Made by a program: the position numbers and the translations under genes. Of a DNA stretch of 61,132 bases, positions 56,215 through 61,132 are shown in pieces. The DNA lies in the IMG/VR virus record IMGVR_UViG_3300014157_000001, positions 1-61,132 of that record; one strand, given 5' to 3'. Source of the DNA: a virus. Lineage: Duplodnaviria > Caudoviricetes. The notes below the pieces were generated by a model that saw only the letters and a list, made by a program, of their open reading frames with translations, was not told the DNA's origin and searched no databases. Positions within the stretch are counted from its first letter, which is position 1. The number at the start of each line of letters is the position of its first letter.

Positions 56215-58590
56215 TCAGGTCTTGTTGTGGATCGGTGCGGACGGGGTGGTCAGGCCTGCGTCGGCGGTGGCGTCGGTGATGGGCCGGTAGGCGTCGTTGA
56301 GGTCGTTGTCGGCCTGTTCCGCCATCTCCGCGGCTTGCAGCGAGGAGGTCTCCATCTCCTCGGCCATGCGGGCGAGGAGGTCCATGGATTCGGCGAGGCG
56401 GGCCATGGCGAGGGAGAACAGGGCGCCGATGAGGTTGTGGCGGTGGGCGAGGTCGATGGCGAAGGTGATGAGGGTGTCGCGGAGTTTGATCGCGCGTTCG
56501 GCGAGTTTCGCGCTCTGCCGGTGCGTCTTGAAGGCGTCGTCCTTGAACTCGCCGTACTGGTCGAGGGCGTCGTCGAGGGTGATTTCGGTGGCGTGCATCG
56601 GGTCCATGTGGCCTGCGGTGTCGGCGATGGCGGAGCCTTGCCGGTGGGCCGCGTGGTGGATCTCCTGCATGCGCTTTTCTGCGGGGACGGGGGCGGGTGC
56701 GGGTGGCATGGCGTGGGGCTCCTTCGGGCGGGTGGTGCCGGGGCGTTTCGTGTGCGGTTCGGGGGCGGGCGGGAGTGCGGACAGGTCGCGGGTGAGGGCG
56801 CCGGCCGGACCGTCGGTGGTGTGCGGGGTGGGCTGGTCGTCGCGTTCGACGGTCCGGGTGGTGGCGTTGGTTTTGCTGGCGGAGGCGGCGTTGCCGTAGG
56901 GGCTGCGCCGCGGCCCTGCGGTGCTTCCGGGTGTGCCGGTGCCGCCCGCGGCCCCTGTGCTGCCGGGGTTGCTGGTGGGCGGGGTGGTGCCGGTGGCGGC
57001 GTCGCCCTTGGCGGCGTCGTAGCCGTCCCGGGCGTCGCGGGCGCGGTCGCGGGCCTTGCGCCGCTTGTCCTTGCGGCCGGGCCCGGTCGTGTCCTTCGGC
57101 GGCTTGGGCGTCTTGGCCTTCTTCTCCCGCTTCTTGTCGTTCTTCCACAGCCGCCATCCGGCGCTGTCGCCCTTGGCGTGCTTCTTCTGCTCCTTCTTGA
57201 GGCGGCCCTCGGCCTTCTTCAGCCGCTTCGCCGCTGTCCGCTCGGCCCGCTGGGACTGCTTGGCGTCGAACTTGCCCTGGCGGACCTGCTCGCGGCGGGC
57301 TTCCTTCGCGTCGGCGCGGGCGTCACGAATGCGGTTACGGCGGTCCTGGCGGGCCTGCTTGGGCGCGGACTTGAGGTCGCGGGCCGCCTTACGGTCCTTG
57401 GCCTTCTCGCCGAGCCGGGCGGCCTGCCGGTCGGCTCGGCGCTGGAGGCGGCCGTCCTGACGTGCGGCGGCCCGCTCCTTGCGGGTACGTCCGCCGGTGC
57501 CTGTGTGGCCGGAGCCGGTCGTGCCGGACTTGCCGAGGCTGTGGCCGGCACCCTGGGAGGTGCGGTGCGGGGACTTCTTGCCGCCCTTGTCCTTCGCGCC
57601 GCCCGTGCTGCTCGAGCCGCCGCCGTTGGTCTTGCTGTTCTTCTTGGACGTGCCGCCGCCCAGGCCGAGCCCGCTGCCGGTCCCCCGGTTCTTCTTCGAC
57701 GACGTGCTGCCGGAGCCGTTGCCGGTGGAGGTCTTCTTCGACCCACCACCGAGCCCGGACGATCCGGAGCCGGTGCGGTTCTTCTTCGCTCCACCGCCGA
57801 GGCTGCCGCCCGAGCCGGTGCCGCGGGACGACTTCGAACCGCCGCCCGAACCCAGGCCACCGGAGCCCGACTTACTGCCGCCCCGACCGGCGCCACCGCC
57901 GGGTCCGGACTTGCTGCCACCCCGGCCCGCCCCGGATCCCAGGCCGCCGCTCCGGCTGCCCGTCGACGACGAGCCACCGCGGCCGCCGCCGAGCGTCTTG
58001 CGCCCGAACTCGGTACCCGGCGGCACCTTGTTCTTCGCGTTCTTCTCCGCGGCCTTCTCACGCGCCTTCGTCACGTCGGTGCGGCCCTTCGCGACCGCCT
58101 CGTCGACGTCCCATCCGTGCTGCGCCATCGCCAGCTGGTGCTTGAGCTGGGCCTCGCGCATCGGCGCGCTCTCGGCGCGCTTCTCCATGGCGCGCTGGCG
58201 GCGGTCCTCGAGGAGGATCGCCGACCCACGCAGCGCGGCGACGGCAACGGCGAGGACGGCGGCCATGGACAGCGCGCCGAGCCGCGGCCCGACCGGCTGC
58301 TCCCCCGTATCGCCGTTGCGGAAGGTGGCGGGCAGGCCCGGCTCGGGGCTCGTGGTGGCGGGCACCGGGGACGCGAGCAGTGCCGGGGAGGGCAGCGCGC
58401 CCACCAGGTCCAGAGGGCTGCGGCGGGCCCGCTCCCCCGTTCCGGTTCCGGGCTCTCCGGACGGGAGTTCGGGGATGGCCGGCTCGAGGTCGCCAGCATC
58501 CTGCGAGGGCGCAACCGGAGTGATGTTGAAGCCGATCCGCGGGAAGTTGTAAACCTGGGCGTCGCCATCCGGGGTCTGGTCGTTGCTCAT
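56215..58590 (-). CDS. large Gly/Lys-rich transfer-region protein with C-terminal helical domain
   Basis: single TM, long G/S/K low-complexity segment, basic coiled coil, HATEITLDD helical domain. Confidence 0.75.
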   Translation of the reverse strand: MSNDQTPDGDAQVYNFPRIGFNITPVAPSQDAGDLEPAIPELPSGEPGTGTGERARRSPLDLVGALPSPALLASPVPATTSPEPGLPATFRNGDTGEQPVGPRLGALSMAAVLAVAVAALRGSAILLEDRRQRAMEKRAESAPMREAQLKHQLAMAQHGWDVDEAVAKGRTDVTKAREKAAEKNAKNKVPPGTEFGRKTLGGGRGGSSSTGSRSGGLGSGAGRGGSKSGPGGGAGRGGSKSGSGGLGSGGGSKSSRGTGSGGSLGGGAKKNRTGSGSSGLGGGSKKTSTGNGSGSTSSKKNRGTGSGLGLGGGTSKKNSKTNGGGSSSTGGAKDKGGKKSPHRTSQGAGHSLGKSGTTGSGHTGTGGRTRKERAAARQDGRLQRRADRQAARLGEKAKDRKAARDLKSAPKQARQDRRNRIRDARADAKEARREQVRQGKFDAKQSQRAERTAAKRLKKAEGRLKKEQKKHAKGDSAGWRLWKNDKKREKKAKTPKPPKDTTGPGRKDKRRKARDRARDARDGYDAAKGDAATGTTPPTSNPGSTGAAGGTGTPGSTAGPRRSPYGNAASASKTNATTRTVERDDQPTPHTTDGPAGALTRDLSALPPAPEPHTKRPGTTRPKEPHAMPPAPAPVPAEKRMQEIHHAAHRQGSAIADTAGHMDPMHATEITLDDALDQYGEFKDDAFKTHRQSAKLAERAIKLRDTLITFAIDLAHRHNLIGALFSLAMARLAESMDLLARMAEEMETSSLQAAEMAEQADNDLNDAYRPITDATADAGLTTPSAPIHNKT

Positions 58591-58722
58591 GAAACCCCCT
58601 CTCAGGGTTGACAGGCTGTAGTCGATTCGAGGACTATCGCGCGCGCACGTACGCGTACGACGTGCGCGCAGGTTGGGGTCTTCATCACCACGTGTTCGTG
58701 GAGGTGATGATGATGACGACGG

Positions 58723-58935
58723 TCACGGCGTGTGAGCCTTGAAGAAGTCATGGAGGTGGGACGCCAGCTTGTTCCAGGTGTCCGCGTCACCAAGCTTCTG
58801 GTTCTGGCGGGCCACCATGCGGCAGGCGTCGAACCAGACGGCGGCGACCGCGTCCGGGCCCAAGAGGGCGGCGGCCTTCTGCCGCTGGTTCCAGTACTCC
58901 GCTTGGTTCTTCTGACGGTTCTGGGCGGTGGTCAT
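58723..58935 (-). CDS. hypothetical protein
   Basis: GAGGAG RBS, ATGA coupling. Confidence 0.7.
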   Translation of the reverse strand: MTTAQNRQKNQAEYWNQRQKAAALLGPDAVAAVWFDACRMVARQNQKLGDADTWNKLASHLHDFFKAHTP

Positions 58936-59480
58936 CCGGTCTCCTCGAAGACGGTGCCGAAGTCGGGCAGCGGTGTGGTGTTGGCCTGGCTGGTGGCGTA
59001 GGCCTGCGGGTGCGGGCTGTTGTAGACGACTGGCGGTGCGGCGGCCGGCGGCTGCTGGCCTGCGATGCGCGGGTCAGGCGCGAGGTGCTGCGCCGACTCG
59101 GTCAGCGACCGCTGGGTGAGCGCCTGCGCCTTCTGCCTGGTCAGCGCCCTGGCCTCGCGGCGCTTCTGCTTCTGGTCGAGGGCCTTGGCGCGGCGTTCGG
59201 GCAGTTCGAGGACCCGACGGTTGTAGGTGGCGTCGATGGCTTCGACCTCGGCGGCGGCCTTCTCCAGGAGCTTGGCGACCCGGTTGAACCGGCCGCGGAC
59301 CTGGGCGGCGCGGCGCTTCGCTGACCAGGGCTTGTCGCCGTCGATCTCGGTCTGGGCGATACGGGCGTAGATGATGCGGCCCATCTGCCGGAGCTCGGTG
59401 GCGTCGTTGACGAACGTGTCGCGCTGTTCGTCCTTGAAGCCGCTCATGCCCTTCTTGGTCATCAGCTCGGTCATGTCCAT
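58932..59480 (-). CDS. TraA-like plasmid transfer protein
   Basis: AAGGAG RBS; GDKPWSAKRRAAQV...LEKAAAEVEA helical pattern in tra cluster. Confidence 0.6.
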   Translation of the reverse strand: MDMTELMTKKGMSGFKDEQRDTFVNDATELRQMGRIIYARIAQTEIDGDKPWSAKRRAAQVRGRFNRVAKLLEKAAAEVEAIDATYNRRVLELPERRAKALDQKQKRREARALTRQKAQALTQRSLTESAQHLAPDPRIAGQQPPAAAPPVVYNSPHPQAYATSQANTTPLPDFGTVFEETG

Positions 59481-59494
59481 CGGTCACGTTCTCC

Positions 59495-60967
59495 TTACGC
59501 GGACTTCGTGTTGCGGGCTTCGGCCTGGGCCGCGGTGAAGAGGTCCTGGGCGGTCTTGAGGCGGTCGTAGGCGGTGGTCTGCTTCAGGTCGAAGTCCCGC
59601 ATCACGTCCTCGAGCGGGTACGACTTCGGGTCGTTCGCTTCGACGAGGCGGGCGAGGACCTTCTCGACTTCGGCCTGCTTCTTGGCGCGGGGGCCGGTGA
59701 TGGGTGAAACCGAAGTCGAAGTGCGGGCCGAACCGGTGGCCGGCTTCGGGGCTCGGTCCGAAGTGGTCGAAGCGGTGCGGGCGATCCGCTCGGCACGCTC
59801 TTGGGCCTCCTGCTCCTTTCGGGCGCGGGCCTCGTCGGCGGCCTGCTGGCGGGCGGCTGCCTGCGCCTTGGCCTGGCGCTGCTGCTGCTCCCATCGGGCT
59901 TCGGCTTCGGCCTGCTGCTGCTCGCGGGCGATGGCGGCGAGCTTCGCTTCGGTTTCGGCGGCGAGCAGGCGGGCGGCTTCGGCGTCCTGGCGGCGCTTCG
60001 CTTCGACTTCGAGGCGGGCGACTTCGGCAGCGACTTCGGCGCGGTGCTTCGCTTCGGCTTCGACTGCTTCGGTTCCGGCGATTTCGGCGCGCTTCGCCGC
60101 TTCGGCTTCGAGCCTGCGGAGTTCGGCCTGGTGCTTCGCTTCGGCTTCGGCTTCGGCCTTGGTACGGGCTTCGGCTTCGCGTTCTGCTTCGGCCTCGGCG
60201 AGCTTCTGCGCTTCGCGCTCGGGGAGGTCGATGGCGTCCTCGATGCTCATTCCGTCCCGGGCGAGGGACAGGACGAGCATCTGCTCGGCGCTGGCCTTGC
60301 GGCGCCATCCGCGGCGTCCGTACTCCTTGCGGAGTTGGGCGACGTAGATGCGGCGGCCGCGCTCGAGGGTGAGGACCTGGTCCCAGGTGCGGATGCCCCA
60401 CAGGCGTTGGCGGCGCCACAGGATGAACGTGCCGATGGGGTTGAGGAGCCAGCGGGAGGGGGGCGGGCCTTCGAGGTGCTTGTCTGCGGTGATGTCGGCG
60501 ATGCGGCCGATGGCGTGGCGGGCGGCTTCGACGGCGATGACGAACAGGACGGGGATGACGCCGTGCATGGAGACGCCGACGGGGTCGGGCCAGGAGACGA
60601 CGGCGTTGAAGGCGATGGTGGCGGCGGTAAGCGTCCAGGCGGTGTAGCGCAGGAGGGGGAAGCCGATGCGCCGCCAGGTGAGGAGGAGGTCGAGGGCGAG
60701 GAAGGCGACGATGCCGGCGTCGACGGCGATGGGGAAGGCGTGGGCGAAGTCGCCGAAGCCCTTGGTGAGGGCGAGGTCGGTGACGGCGCTGTAGGAGCCG
60801 ATGAAGCCGAGGGCGGCGATGATGAGGACGGCGCCGACGACGATCCCGGTGAGGAGTTTCTGGGTGCGGGTGGGGGGCTGTTGGGCGTTCCCCGGCGCGG
60901 TGGGCGCGAGGGTGCCGTCCGTGTGGGGGCGGTGCGGCTCGTTGCCGGGGGCCGGGGTGGTGGTCAC
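59495..60967 (-). CDS. DUF2637 / SpdB-like membrane spreading protein
   Basis: GFIGSYSAV, FPIAVDAGI, ATIAFNA, MHGVIPVLF; four TMs plus long coiled coil plus C-terminal HTH. Confidence 0.85.
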   Translation of the reverse strand: MTTTPAPGNEPHRPHTDGTLAPTAPGNAQQPPTRTQKLLTGIVVGAVLIIAALGFIGSYSAVTDLALTKGFGDFAHAFPIAVDAGIVAFLALDLLLTWRRIGFPLLRYTAWTLTAATIAFNAVVSWPDPVGVSMHGVIPVLFVIAVEAARHAIGRIADITADKHLEGPPPSRWLLNPIGTFILWRRQRLWGIRTWDQVLTLERGRRIYVAQLRKEYGRRGWRRKASAEQMLVLSLARDGMSIEDAIDLPEREAQKLAEAEAEREAEARTKAEAEAEAKHQAELRRLEAEAAKRAEIAGTEAVEAEAKHRAEVAAEVARLEVEAKRRQDAEAARLLAAETEAKLAAIAREQQQAEAEARWEQQQRQAKAQAAARQQAADEARARKEQEAQERAERIARTASTTSDRAPKPATGSARTSTSVSPITGPRAKKQAEVEKVLARLVEANDPKSYPLEDVMRDFDLKQTTAYDRLKTAQDLFTAAQAEARNTKSA

Positions 60968-60990
60968 GGGGGTCGGGTCCTTTCGCGTCG

Positions 60991-61131
60991 TCAGGCGCTG
61001 TGGTGGATGGCGGTGTTGGTGGTCGGGCGGGGTAGGGCCATGCAGTCGCGGGCGTGTGCGGAGGCGTCGGCGAGGGCCTTGTTTCCGAGGCCGCTGTGGT
61101 TCTTCCATCCGCAGGTCCGGCATTCGGCGTG
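60991..61131 (-). CDS. 3' end of small zinc-finger protein (starts beyond window)
   Basis: ...HAECRTCGW...ASAHARDCMALPRP...stop. Confidence 0.55.
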   Translation of the reverse strand, partial: HAECRTCGWKNHSGLGNKALADASAHARDCMALPRPTTNTAIHHSA

Positions 61132-61132
61132 G

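Larger units (their letters stand above)
1..61132. mobile_element. Conjugative phage-plasmid (plasmid prophage) of a Streptomyces-like host; partial, extends beyond both ends
   Basis: ParA/ParB-like/Rep, a full siphovirus structural and lysis module and TraB/Spd-like genes co-occur; no housekeeping genes seen. Confidence 0.9.

Noticed and set aside
58600-58722. Possible TraB clt locus (hairpin GCGCGCACGT...ACGTGCGCGC, TGA/TGATGA repeats)
   Set aside because: No clear array of 8-bp direct repeats; clt not identified in the window
60000-60210. TTCGGC tandem repeats
   Set aside because: Encode the Ala-Glu coiled coil of the DUF2637 protein

Overview
High-GC actinobacterial (Streptomyces-like) mobile element. 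It combines three modules: (1) a plasmid backbone with ParA, an atypical ParB-like partner, candidate centromere palindromes and a winged-HTH Rep preceded by a structured leader; (2) an apparently complete siphovirus morphogenesis and lysis region (terminase, portal, scaffold, capsid, head-tail, tail, frameshifted chaperone, tape measure, Dit/hub/fibres, papain-like protease, CHAP endolysin, holin); (3) a Streptomyces TraB/Spd-type conjugation region. This is a conjugative phage-plasmid; both window ends cut minus-strand genes. The early region encodes Erf, HNH, a C5 methyltransferase, a WhiB-HTH fusion, SLOG, a stand-alone WYL protein, a putative RHH repressor and three tyrosine-recombinase-fold proteins, only one with an intact catalytic set. 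The most notable sequence-level signals are a 17-bp palindrome acting as the -35 of back-to-back promoters, an antisense/attenuator-like rep leader, an HNH gene that took over and regenerated the MTase 5' end, synonymously recoded patches in terL, a shared motif at the 5' ends of late transcripts, and a foreign-looking nuclease-like/Cre-like cassette. All product calls come from motif recognition by eye; no searches were run.
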